Shown: one piece after another, positions 49,556 through 61,205 of the stretch
Position numbering within the stretch: position 1 is the first letter of the stretch
Layout of the letters: every line of letters starts with the position of its first letter
DNA from: Octopus sinensis
Taxonomy: Eukaryota
DNA length: 64,000 nucleotides
Direction: 5' to 3'
Assembly: GCF_006345805.1 (NCBI RefSeq)
Contig: NC_043001.1
Coordinates: 122,698,001-122,762,000, forward strand
The notes under the pieces: model-generated
Told to the model about the DNA's origin: nothing
Databases searched by the model: none
The model's input: the letters and a program-made list of their open reading frames with translations, nothing else
Made by a program: the position numbers and the translations under genes

Positions 49556-49790
49556 GGGCGGCGAGCTGGCAGAACCGTTAGCATGCCGGGCGAAATGCGT
49601 AGCTGTATTTCGTCTGGCATTATGTTCTGAGTTCAGATTCCGCCGAGGTCGACTTTGCCTTTCATCCTTTCGGGTCGATAAATTAAGTACCAGTTACGCA
49701 CTGGGGTATATATAATCGACTTATTCCGTTTGTCTGTCCTTGTTTGTCCTCTCTGTGTTTAACCCCTTGTGGGTAATAAAGAAATAGGTA
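49556..49790 (+). mobile_element. SINE family C, single module
   Basis: GGGCGGCGAGCTGGCAGAACCG...CCCCTTGTGGGTAATAAAGAAATAGG. Confidence 0.85.
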
Positions 49791-50129
49791 CTATGGGGTG
49801 GAGTGTATCAAATATGTAGGTGTGTGCTTGTGTGCACATATACATGGGCGTGTATGTCAGCTGTGTATATCAGCTGTGTGGGTATGTGTGTATATAGATA
49901 CGTGTGCGTTAGCATCTACATGTGCGTATGAGCTTGCAATTTATGTTTGGGCGTGTGTGCGTATGAATGCCTGGTGTACGTGAGTATGCATTTCTAAATT
50001 TATATATGTAAGTATAAATGTGTGCGTGTTACCTGAATGAACCGATATGCGTATGTGTTCATGTGTGCCTGTGTTTATATGCGGTGTGTGTATATCTGCG
50101 TTTCACTGTGAGTTCGATTGGCATATTCA

Positions 50130-50990
50130 AACAATGGTTGCAACAGCGATATTGGTGGGCGTGACTATCATGCCCATGTAGATTCTTGTGATGCCATCGG
50201 ATGGTGTGAGAGTGGTTCTGTAGAATACAGCCTACGAGAAGCAGGATCTCTCGAGAGGGCAGCTGGTAGGATTTCGTAAGTTACAGGTTAGGTTTGGAAG
50301 TTGTGTAAGTGCATGCTTGCACCTTTTGTAGCGTATAATGTTAGAAACGATGTTTTCTAAACAGGAATCGCGCACTTTAACTTTATGCAGGTTGAAAAGG
50401 TTATAGTACTTGTGGCCTCAAGGGAAATGTTTCTTGATCAGTGACAGGAAGCTCCTAGCTAGGTTGCTGGAAACTTCTGAGTTAAATGGAGGGTTGAACC
50501 AAATAATCTTTCTCTTTCTGATCCTCTGTGGATCTGGAGTTGGAGTCCTCCAGATATGCTAATTTATTAAATCCGTTCCTCGCTAATGCCTCATTGTAGT
50601 GGAGGGTCGCCCTATGAAGATCTCTCTATCGGCTGAAAACTTAGAGATTCTTCTGTTAACGCTTGAAACTCGGTTTCTAATTACAGCGTGAGTGGATTGG
50701 CGGTTAGGGCTGTAGATGTACACAGTTTCCTCGTTGCGCTTCCTGTAAGGGTAGTACTTACCCGTTTTCAAGTTGCTGACTGCCTGCATTTAGGATTGGG
50801 GAAAAAATTGTGCTTGTGATCCTTAAGTGTGATATGGTAGGGAGCAGACGGTAAAGTTTTCCAAATGGTCCTCTGTATTTAAAAGGATGGATAACTCCTT
50901 CATTTCTGTATTAAAATCGGTGTATGTGGAGGTGCCGGTATGTTTTTTGTATGTTTTGCTAATATCATTACTGAGGAGTCTTGCACCCAT
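50130..50990 (-). mobile_element. Penelope-like element fossil: RT C-terminus, linker, GIY-YIG start
   Basis: Frames give NLKTGKYYPYRK, RRISKFSADREIF, RKRKIIWFNPPF, FLSLIKKHFP*GHKYYNLFN, SCLENI, TCNLRNPTSCPLERSC and AVFY...IYMG. Confidence 0.85.
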
Positions 50991-51407
50991 ACGTAACGCA
51001 CATACTAGCAAACATGTACATGCGCACCATCGAGCTAATGCTACCAGCCTTCACCCACTCATCAGCTTACACACGCGCGTGCGCACAGCAAGATATATAC
51101 TACACATACTCATCTGACCCGGACACCCATGAATTCATACAGCAGGCATACACGCAAACACACACTCTCGGTTTCTCTCTCTCCCTTGTTCTCTTTTCTC
51201 TCTCTCTCGCTCGCTTGATTCGATGTCGCTTATAATTCCTACCAATATTCGCTCGACGGTCCGAGAAATTCAGTTTGGAGGATTCTATTTTGATGGATTC
51301 GATGTCGCTGGAATTTCAATATTATTTCCAACAGCACCATGTGACCCGCCTGGGCCAATAGTTGCCCGATTTCCAGTAGCCAATATATTATATATACATT
51401 CTTTTAT

Positions 51408-51670
51408 TCTTTTATTTGTTTCAGTCATTTGACTGCGGCCATGCTGCAGCACTACCTTCAGGGATTTTAGTCGAATAAATCGACCTCAGGACATACTTTT
51501 TAAGCGTTGTACTTAATCTATCGGTCTCTTTATCGAACCGCTAAGCTACGGGGACGTAAACACACAAACACTGGTTGTCAAGAGGTGACGGAGGACAACA
51601 AAGACACATACACACATAGATATACACACACACACATATATATACGACGGGCTTCTTTTAGTTTCCGCCT
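51408..51670 (-). mobile_element. SINE family B, 3' part
   Basis: TTTCAGTCATTTGACTGCGGCCATGCTG...CGACGGGCTTCTTTTAGTTTCC. Confidence 0.8.
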
Positions 51671-51795
51671 ACCAAGACTTTATATTAAAGTCTGAAACTT
51701 GTTTTAGCGATCCATTTTCGTCAGACCGCTAAGTTATGGGACATAAAAAACAATCACTTATTTCTCAAACAGTTTTAACGCAATATATGTATACG

Positions 51796-52090
51796 TGGAG
51801 GCGCAATGGCCCAGTGGTTAGGGCAGCGACTCGCGGTCGGAGGATCGCTGTTTCGATTCCTAGACCGGGCGTTGTGTGTGTTTATTGAGCGAAAAGACCT
51901 AAAGCTCCACGAAGCTTCGGCAGGGGGTATTGGCGACCCCTGTTGTACTCTTTCGCCCCAGCTTTCTCTCACTCTTTCTTCCTGTTTCTTAAGTAATGCT
52001 GCGATGGACTGGCGTCCCGTCCAGCTGGGTGGAACACAGAAGCCGGGAAACCGGGCCTGTGAGCCTGGCTAGGCTTGAAAAGGGCGCATA
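51796..52090 (+). mobile_element. SINE family A
   Basis: TGGAGGCGCAATGGCCCAGTGG head and family A body. Confidence 0.85.
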
Positions 52091-52185
52091 AAAAAATAAG
52101 TATGTATACACAATTACTCAGGTTTATGGCTCTCTCTTCCAATGAATATCAACATTATGAAAAGGTCTGCTTCATTTAATACATA

Positions 52186-52402
52186 CGAAGGGTTGCTGAA
52201 AAGTTCCTGTCTTTGGATAAACGAAAATACAAGTGGATTAGTTAATTATGATTTTATTCAATATATTCCTTTCTCAGATTCACATACTTATTGCAGCGGT
52301 TTCCTCAGTTTTTGTAAGTCATGTAAAAGTACTCGGAAAGTTGGGCCACAAACCACGACTTTCGCGACAACCTTAAAGCTAGAAAATTTTCAGCGACCCT
52401 CG
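52186..52402. mobile_element. Tc1/mariner-type MITE (sister of 25786-25994)
   Basis: TA|CGAAGGGTTGCTGAAAAG...AATTTTCAGCGACCCTCG|TA; shared interior GTTAATTATGATTTTATTCA and CTCAGATTCACATACTTATTG. Confidence 0.8.
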
Positions 52403-54189
52403 TACTTAAACATAAATTATATTTTTATCATTTTATTTTACAAAACCAAAGAGATATGATTTTGCATAACTCACCCAACTAGAAATATCAACCAAATCTC
52501 ATTTAAAAACACACCCCGTCCGGCTGCAATTTTTGCCCGGGAAATATCCCTTTAGAGACGTATTGTGATTTTTAACACAATATATTCCTGAGTTAAGCGA
52601 AACGAAATTCCTTTAGAATTGACCGAAAGAGCGACAGATACGTATTTCTCCGTTTTTGCGGCTCCTCAGTGTCACGTACTTGTGTCACTTCCGAAACGAC
52701 ATCGAATCAGCTCGTCTAATGTATGTAGAGATAGTATATAAAGTATACACTGGTTTGCAAAGGCGCCGAATAAGCAGACTGCTTCTATTGCATAATTCAA
52801 ATTACAGCCTGTCATTATTCGAAGTAGCAGTATTGGGTAAATTGTATCTGAAATAGAAACGGTATTATCACGGCTTGTATACTTTTGATTACAGATAGCA
52901 ACAACAACCTGAAAAAATCAAACAAAAAAAAGAAACAGTAGATTACTTTTATCGAAAATCTTTGTTCGTTAAACGTACTATGCATAAATGAGCTAATCGG
53001 CTGTTATTCACATATGTTGAAATAAAATATCTTGTCGCTCCGACTCTCGATGATTAAAATAAGCTAAACGAAAGACATGTTGCATTTCATAGCGTTAACC
53101 TAAATATAATGTCACCATTCTGACATGCCATGAAATTGTGATCGTCAGTAAGTATTTCATGACATAAAGACAAGAATTAGACGCCTTACCAATATTAGCA
53201 TTTCAGACTTGCTACATTAAAAGTGCAAACAATTCTAAACATGAGGATTAGATGCCTTACCAGTATTAGAATTTTAGGCTTGTTATATTAAAAGTGCAAA
53301 CAGTTCTGAAACAAAAAGAAAAGGTTCCGTCGTGACAAGAATTTAATTAGGGACAGTTCCACTTAAGTAAATTTCTTTGGTTGGACTTTTGAGTTTCTTT
53401 ATAAACACTTTAAGATATTTCAAGTTACAAAGGAGTAGAGACACCCTGGAGAGAAGAAACTTATAGAGTTGTATTATTCAAGTAAGTGGAGAAGGTGAAG
53501 AGTGAAAGGCGAAGATTACTTCAAAATAAAATTAATGAGTTTGTACGAAATAGCAAAAAAAAATAAGCAAAAAAAAACCGAAAAATTAGACTTTCCTGTA
53601 ATACAATCCAAATTTATTTATATTTTTTATTGATTCGCGCAGATTCTTGAAAACACTTGAAACATTACTAAAATCGTTCGCTTTTTAAATAAATAAATAA
53701 ATAAATAAAGTACGCGTCAACAAGCGTCTGGAATATTTTTTTTCTCTTTTGGCTGCCAGTTCTTCGTTGGGAAATTTTAAAACTATTCTCAGAGTCAATG
53801 CTCTTTCTCTGCTAACATTTCACTTACTTGTCTATGTTTTGTTAAGTTTTTTTTTTCTTGTTCGTTAAAATTCTCTTAAACGTCTTCTGTTCTATTAGTC
53901 CTATATATATATTTCACCTAACACTAAACTGCGCCGATTCAAAATCTCTTAACATCGAAAGAAATCTCACAACTCGCTCCGGGACAAATTTTTAAACAGC
54001 AACCCCTCTTATAACGATTATGGGTCCTAGAAGTAGAATCTAAATCTCCTTCAATCACCATTCTGCTGCTTTATAAAAAACACATTAGACAGCAAAAACA
54101 CCAATAGCAACAATTCCAAAGATGAAATGGAAACGTTATTGATTGCCTTTTTTTTTTCTTTACTTTAAAAGTAATCTTTCATCTTTTAT

Positions 54190-54352
54190 CACTTATTTGG
54201 TTCAGTCATTAGACTGCGGCCATGCTGGGTCACTGCACTGAAGAAATTTTAGTCGAATGTATCGACCCTCAGAACTTATTTTTATAAATACTTATTGTAT
54301 CGGTCTCTTTTGCCGAACCGCCACGTGGACATAAACTCCACCAGCACCGTTT
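54190..54352 (-). mobile_element. SINE family B, 3' half
   Basis: TTCAGTCATTAGACTGCGGCCATGCTGG...CGGTCTCTTTTGCCGAACCGC. Confidence 0.75.
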
Positions 54353-55626
54353 AAAAGCTCCTAGTCTGCTGCCAGTTAGAAACAGCAGCCAAGAGGAACG
54401 AAGAAGTCGAGCATTTCATGGCAACGCTCGTATAAGAAAATATCCAACATCAACGATTCTCCCATCATACAACCGCCCAAAATGACCACTACTACATCTG
54501 CTGAACAAAAGGTAGCTTTTATGGCAGCATTCTACGTCCTTAGTCGAGAGTTTCGGTAGCACTTCTATGTGGCATCGATGTCCACCATCTCTAGTCCGTC
54601 ACTCCTTGCAAAGAATTTGGGGGCATATATTTACGTAAAATCGGATAGCACACGCTCGCTGCGGTCCACTAAAGACATAAGTGGGATTTCATAGCCACGA
54701 GTGTCTTCAGCACCTGTACCCAGTGAATGCCGTTCGCTCCTTCTTTCTGACAGTAAGCGCCCTAGCAGAGCAGCGCAACCTTCGTACAATTCTCTCAAAG
54801 CTTTGGCCAAATCGAACTTGCGACGGAAAATAGTTACTCCTCTTCTGTCACAAGATAGTTGCCCATCACGCAATGACTTGAAGATAAAGTCACGCACTCG
54901 TAAAGTGAACGGGTTACCAACCAATTACAACAAATTGAACGAGGGTTTTTGTATGTGATAGTTCGATCTGCTAGAAATAGAAGTCAAATCTCCTTATGCT
55001 TTTGCCTTAAGAGACTGGGCACATTGGATGATGCGGTCCTTGATCCACTTTCTCTGAAAAAATAGAAAAGAATGATGGTCACGACTGGAAAGGTCTTTGA
55101 TCATAATTTTGCTAAGGTGGGCGAATGAAATAAAGAACCAGCAACGATTACAATATATTTCAATGAGTTGAGTCTTCCATTACTTGTACTCACTCAGAGG
55201 CAACATCACCGAACACTACTTCTATACTGAAAAACCCGGTCCTGTGCAGAATTTATAAGTGATGGATTGGTTAAAACAGGAAATAGGATGTTCCCTCAAT
55301 GTCTGACTTCGACAAAGGGATTCATCATTTTAGACTGACTCTGTTTCCTTAAGCGTGATAGCGTTACTACGGAGACTTCCTTAAGATAAGGCTTGTTCTT
55401 GACAATTTCATAATCACCAAAGCTCTGCGTAAGTTTAACTAATTTGCAGTATGCAAGCATACTAATTACGCTTCTGGTTTGTTATCGTCGCACAATATTC
55501 AAGAAGAAGTGATTGGATGTTTTCAATATCTGTAACGGAACAGTGACAATAAAAATGAGAATCAATCAATCAGTCACTTTTTCTGCTTCCATTTTATTAT
55601 TCATTAATTTGGATCCCCTCCTCAGA

Positions 55627-55848
55627 TTAACTCTTTGCTTCTCTTGTGTATCACATGTGAAACACAGGGCGTATTTCCCTGGCATCTACGCATATATGTA
55701 TATAGTATACATTTCCAGTTGTTAAAGCATTTATCATAGGAAAATTTTATATTACTCAGAACGTATGAAACAAGGGCTAAGAGTTTGAAAACAACCATGG
55801 ACATTTAGGACAAACTTATGAAAATGCTTTGGATTGGCAAAGGGTTAA
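55627..55848. mobile_element. Possible piggyBac-type MITE
   Basis: TTAA|CTCTTTGC...GGCAAAGGG|TTAA; only about 8 bp of TIR. Confidence 0.4.
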
Positions 55849-56210
55849 AAGACAATTCAGAAATCTTGTCAGCTTAGACGATTAAACTTCCGTCTCGGCA
55901 GATTAGACTTTCAACTAACAATATTACTTAACCTCAAATTGGGCATTTATTTAGATATTCACTTAACTTTAAAATGATTAAAGCATCCACTTAGCTTAGA
56001 ACATTAGACTTTCATTAAGTTTAAGCGAAATGGTGTGGAACAAGTCTCATCTCAGAAAAAAAACATTATCCATAAGACATGATTAGAGCTCACTTTATTT
56101 GAGGTAGCAATGCTTAAGTAAATTATTGCATATCGCACTGTTAGCCTAAAATGATGAATTCGTTTGTTGAAGTCAATGATAGAATTTCGTATAATTCTAA
56201 TTAAACCATT

Positions 56211-56640
56211 AATAAATCTCTGAACGAGATATAAACAGTAACCGCTCGACAACGTAAAGTGTACTAGCCATCTGAATGTGGCTAGCCACTGGGGTTGGTT
56301 TGTTACTGATGCTTTTAGCCCCAGGAGATCAACGTCACCAGCTGGCCTTAGACACAAAATTTCAGTGCCCTTGTGTTATTTGCAAAGGGAGGTCATCCTC
56401 CCTCGAAAACTTAAGTGATACATACGGACTATAGTTTCGAGAGGCAATTACCTTGAAACTATAGTCCGTATGTATCACTTAGGTTTTCGAGGGAGGATGA
56501 CCTCCCTTTGCAAATAACACAAGGGCACTGAAATTTTGTGTCTAAGGCCAGCTGGTGACGTTGATCTCCTGTGGCTAAAAGCATCAGTAACACCCCACCC
56601 CAGTGGCTAGCCACATTCAGATGGCTAGTACACTTTACGT
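56211..56640. mobile_element. Near-perfect palindrome (arms about 190 bp) inside a 15-bp direct repeat
   Basis: Arms 56252-56440 and 56453-56640 differ at about 6 positions by eye; TCTAATTAAACCATT at 56196-56210 and 56640-56654. Confidence 0.9.
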
Positions 56641-56908
56641 CTAATTAAACCATTTCATCACAAATAAATAATACGCATCCATTTTATAAAAAAATGATGT
56701 AAATAATTGTTAAAAGTATAACTCAAAATATATGTTCTAAAACAAAATAACTGGAAGGTATTGTTACAAATATTTCGAATTCGATTATATTATATTACAC
56801 TAATGATTTCAAATAAGTTTGAAATAGCACTAACATGACTACCTTTGACTAAAAAGTATTTAAGGTCTTTGTAACGAGTAGAAGATAAATATTGAATACG
56901 TAGTTATA

Positions 56909-57154
56909 CAGGGTGTTCAAAAGGTCTCACCGCAGTTAATCTTTTTCACCCTGATTCCCTAAGATGTATTTCAAAACATGAGTAGAAGAATCAACTTATG
57001 TATTGAAAAAGAAGGACGACACCTTCAACACTTCTTATAAAGATTTTTTAAAGTCTTGTAAAGTCTAATATATTCTTTTGTAGTCTTATACCATCTTATA
57101 AACATTTATTTTGCAACAAAATACTTACTGCGGAGGGACGTTTTGAACACCCTA
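56909..57154. mobile_element. Tc1-derived MITE
   Basis: TA|CAGGGTGTTCAAAAGGTCTCACCGCAGT...ACTGCGGAGGGACGTTTTGAACACCCTA|TA; retains FQNMSRRINLCIEKEGRHLQHFL* (transposase C-terminus). Confidence 0.8.
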
Positions 57155-58422
57155 TATTTTGTGCATCTTTGTTACTCTTAGATTTAAAATTCGAACTTCT
57201 CACCGCGCCATGATTTATGATTTATCTAGAAGTAATTATCTCCCGTACAATTACTGCTGCGAGGGTATCATGTCTCCAAATTAAATATAATCTTTTCATA
57301 GAAATAAAATTAAGCGTACACGTAACCCTAATTTTTTGTCTCATCACCAATGAAAAAGACTCATCTTCGTGGATGTTAAACCAAAGGAGTCTCTATACAG
57401 CCGCAGAGGTGATTCAGGAGTCGCAGTTAAGTCGACGTTAAAATCGGAACTCATACTTGAGTTGCCTTGTCTGGAGTTTATAAAAGGATGCGTTGTTCGT
57501 GCAAGGGCGCTTACATTTGTATTATCATTATAAATGAGTAAATGTCATTTGGTGAATGGAGGGACGAAAACGGTTATGGAACCACACTTCTGTCTTTAGG
57601 GAACCACTGCGTGCATGTGCTATCCGGTTGCAAACAAATGTATGCGTAAGAAATCTTTGCAAGGAGTGACAGATGGTGGAAATCGACGCTCCTGAGATGG
57701 GCTGCCGACTTTGTTGTTTCCTCAATTCATGTAGAGGAATAATTTTGTAAAATATTTACTATTATTTCATGAAGTTTTAAGGTAAGCTAGCAGAATCGTT
57801 ACCATGACGGCAAGATGCTTAGAATTTCCTCCAGTTTAATCTTCTGAGTTCAAATTCTGCTGAGTTCGATTTTTGGCTCTCATCTTTCTGGGGTCAATAA
57901 AATAAGTACCAGTCGTTCACTAGGGTCGATGTAGTCGACTAGATTTCAACCCTTGTGCCTATAGCAGAAATAATTATTCCATGAATCCTATAAAAAAGAT
58001 GAAAAGGATATCAGGCCCTGTGAACTGTAATATCTGGGGATCTATAAAGAAATTATAATTGACTCGTGTCGGTGTTACTCTTTCATCCTTTACCTTTGTT
58101 GTTTACCCCTCCTTTCTCTCGGTTAGCCTTGATTCAGTCGACCTATGATCAAAAGCGTGTTAACCGCATACATCATTATTTTTTTTCTTGGCATAATCTA
58201 TATGAAACTACACGATCTAATATTTGTTATTTTTTAAAGAGTGTAGAATGTAATTTTAAGGAAGATTTAGTTACTATTTCTAGCATATCGAACGACCACT
58301 CAAGAGGTATTTTTATTGGCTTGGTTCAGATGCCTTGCGCTCCTCAGTTGCTTGGTATTGCATGCTTTTCTGTAATTGTTGCATAAGATACGTAAATGCT
58401 GTTCGTTATTTACTTTAATTAT

Positions 58423-58618
58423 AATTGACGGATATTCGTCCTCATCTTGTTTGTTGTTAACACAGCATTTCGGCTGATATATCCCCCAGCTGGAGGCTGG
58501 AGTGTATATCAGTTGAAACGTTGTGTTAACAACAAACAAGATGAGGACGAATATCCATCAATTGTAAACAATGTAAATAATGTCCATAATTCCTCATCTC
58601 TTAAATATAGAACTGTAT
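58423..58618. mobile_element. Family D short palindromic pair
   Basis: Arms 58423-58490 and 58496-58563; the right arm continues to the family 3' end TAGAACTGTA. Confidence 0.85.
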
Positions 58619-58829
58619 TATAAATGTTGTTATTCTTTAACCTCACATCACCTTTTACTGTTTTAAAATAGGAAGGATACATTGAACATTATAATCTTTG
58701 ATATAGAACAAATGTGTGATGGCCATGACTGGAATGCCTTTCTTCAAAGGTCTTCTGTTTTAAAGAAATTTTGTAGCGTTAAGACTTCTAAATATAAAAT
58801 GTCGTTCGGCACTAACATAAATGGATTCT

Positions 58830-58934
58830 GATGGAACTGCCGCCATGAGACCGGAGGTGGCTGTTCCATCAGATGATGTCAGCTGGTCATCTTCGAACCG
58901 AAGGACGAACATTATTATTATTATTATTATTATT
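58830..58934 (+). mobile_element. 105-bp 5'-truncated retro-insertion with an (ATT)n tail and a 13-bp TSD
   Basis: ATAAATGGATTCT at 58817-58829 and 58935-58947. Confidence 0.85.
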
Positions 58935-59124
58935 ATAAATGGATTCTAGCATCTTCGACTCAGCAATTCCTCCAAGCAGTTTTTCCTACTTTTCCTAAGA
59001 CCGTTCCAGATCAAAGGAGTTAATCGTTTAGTGTGAATGCGGTATTCATGACATTCTCAACAATAACAAATAAATATTTGAACATAGAAGTAATAACAAA
59101 ATTATGCAATTCATTTCTAGAATA

Positions 59125-59567
59125 GGATCTTTTCGGTTTGAATGGCAGTTTTTTCTAGCGGTGTCATATGAAATTGTCACCCATAATTATGACCCTAGTA
59201 TCGATCTATTGCATTTCAATCTGTTTTAGGGTTAGAGTTAGAGTTAGGGTTAGTTAGGGTTAGGGTTAGGGGTAGGGGAAGGGTATCTTTTTTTCTTCAC
59301 AAATGTAAATAAACCCAATCTGTTTCTTAAACGAGGGACATATTCATATGGCACAGAATGTTTTTTGCCTCAATAGACGTCACTGATTGGTTGAAATTAC
59401 AGAAATTGAAGCAAAAAACAACAAATATCTTACAAACTATAGAATTTTCTCAATAAAGCCAAGAGAAAAAGATGTTTTATAAACACATTCTACCAGTATA
59501 CGAAGTTTAAAATTTTTAGTTACCTAGAAATTATGTTAAAAATTGCCGTTCAAACCGAAAAGATCCC
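59125..59567. mobile_element. MITE with about 30-bp TIRs and internal (TTAGGG)n
   Basis: TA|GGATCTTTTCGGTTTGAATGGCAGTTTTT...AAAAATTGCCGTTCAAACCGAAAAGATCCC|TA; telomere-like repeats at about 59226-59272. Confidence 0.8.
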
Positions 59568-59721
59568 TAGATTATATGTCTGTTAAATGTTACCGTTTTT
59601 AGATAGCGTGTTCGTCTTATGACATTTTTGTAACTGCTTTTTTCAGCAAATTAATATATATGATCGTTTTTCTGATCTTTTGACAATTACCCAATTACTA
59701 TACGGATATTTAGCTTGATAG

Positions 59722-60226
59722 TGGCGGCGCAATGGTCCAGTGGTTAGAGCAGCGGACTCGCATTCGTGGGATCGCGGTTTCGATTCCCAGACCAGGCATT
59801 GTAAATGTTTATTGAGCGAAAATACCTAAAGCTCCACGAGAATCCGGCAGGGGATGGTGGTGAACCCTGCTGTACCACAACTTTCTCTCACTCTTTCTTT
59901 CTGTTTCTTTAGTACCTGTATTTCAAAGGGCCAGCCTTGTCACGCTCTATGTCACGCTGAATCTCCCCGAGAACTACGTTAAGGGTACACGTGTCTGTAG
60001 AGTGCTGAGCCACTTACACGTTAATAAATGAGCTGCGACTTCACTAGTGCAAAGCTGTATCGGCCTTTGCCTTTCCCTTGGATAACATCAGTGGAGTGGA
60101 GAGGGGAGGCCGGTATGCATGGGCGACTGCTAGTCTTCCATACACAACCTTGCCCAGACTTGTGCCTCGGAGGGTAACTTTTTAGGTGCAATCCCATGGT
60201 CATTAATGACCGAAGGGGGTCACAAC
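59722..60226 (+). mobile_element. Family A head and body fused to a family E tail
   Basis: Follows 14872-15150 to about 60022, then follows 29195-29406. Confidence 0.75.
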
Positions 60227-60786
60227 AACAACAACAAAATTTAGCTTGATGAATATTGGTTTCAAATTTTGGCACAAGGCCAGCAATTTCAGGAGGAGGG
60301 GTAAGTTGATTATATTGACTTCAATGCTCAACTGGTACTTTCTTTGCCGACCCTGAAAAATGAAAGCAAAGTCTGCCCCGGCAGAATTTGAACTCAGAAC
60401 GTAAAAACGGACGAAACGCCACTAAGCATTTTACCCTGCGTGCTAAAGATTCTGCCAGCTTACCGCCTTAGTTTGATGTAATATTCTTTTCTACTATAAG
60501 TATGAGGCCCAAAACGTTTGGGTACTTAATTTATCGACCCCGAAAGGATGAAAGGCAAAGTCAACATCGGTGGAATTTGAACTCAGAACGTAAAGACAGA
60601 CGAAATAGTTTGATGTAATATTGATTGGTGACTCTCATCATTTTAGTCAAAAAAAAAAAAAACAGTTTCTAAAATACTATATTTTGCATCCCACTCGAGA
60701 ATGAAGAAATAATTTCCAGATTATTGTTACAGATAATCACAGACGTTAACCATTCGATCACTAAATCCCAATATGATATGGTAAAT

Positions 60787-61205
60787 ACCTATTTCCTTAC
60801 TACCCACAAGGGGCTAAACACAGAGAGGACAAACAAGGACAGACAAACGGATTAAGTCGATTATATCGACCCCTGTGCGTAACTGGTACTTATTTAATCG
60901 ACCCCGAAATGATGAAAGGCAAAGTCGACCTCTGTGGAATTTGAACTCAGAACGTAGCGGCAGACGAAATACCTATTTCTTTATTACCCACAAGGAGCTA
61001 AACATAGAGGGGACAAACAAGGACAGACATAGGTATTAAGTCGATTACATCGACCCCTGTGCGTAACTGGTACTTATTTAATCGACCCCGAAAGGATGAA
61101 AGGCAAAGTCGACCTCGGCGGAATTTGAACTCAGAACGTAGCGGCAGACGAAATACCGCTAAGCATTTCGCCCGGCGAGCTAACGTTTCTCTCAGCTCGC
61201 CGCCT
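60787..61205 (-). mobile_element. Family C tandem array
   Basis: Head at about 61205 plus two modules. Confidence 0.85.

Noticed and set aside
51223-51432. 69-aa plus-strand ORF in complex sequence
   Set aside because: No Met context or donor site, it runs into a SINE, and no motif was recognised.
57528-57725. Homeodomain-like string IAHA...VWFHNR on the minus strand
   Set aside because: Spacing is one residue off helix 3, the invariant WFxNRR and helix 1-2 residues are missing, and there are no supporting splice sites; probably chance.
59226-59272. True telomere or chromosome fusion site
   Set aside because: A short degenerate tract inside a TIR-bounded MITE.
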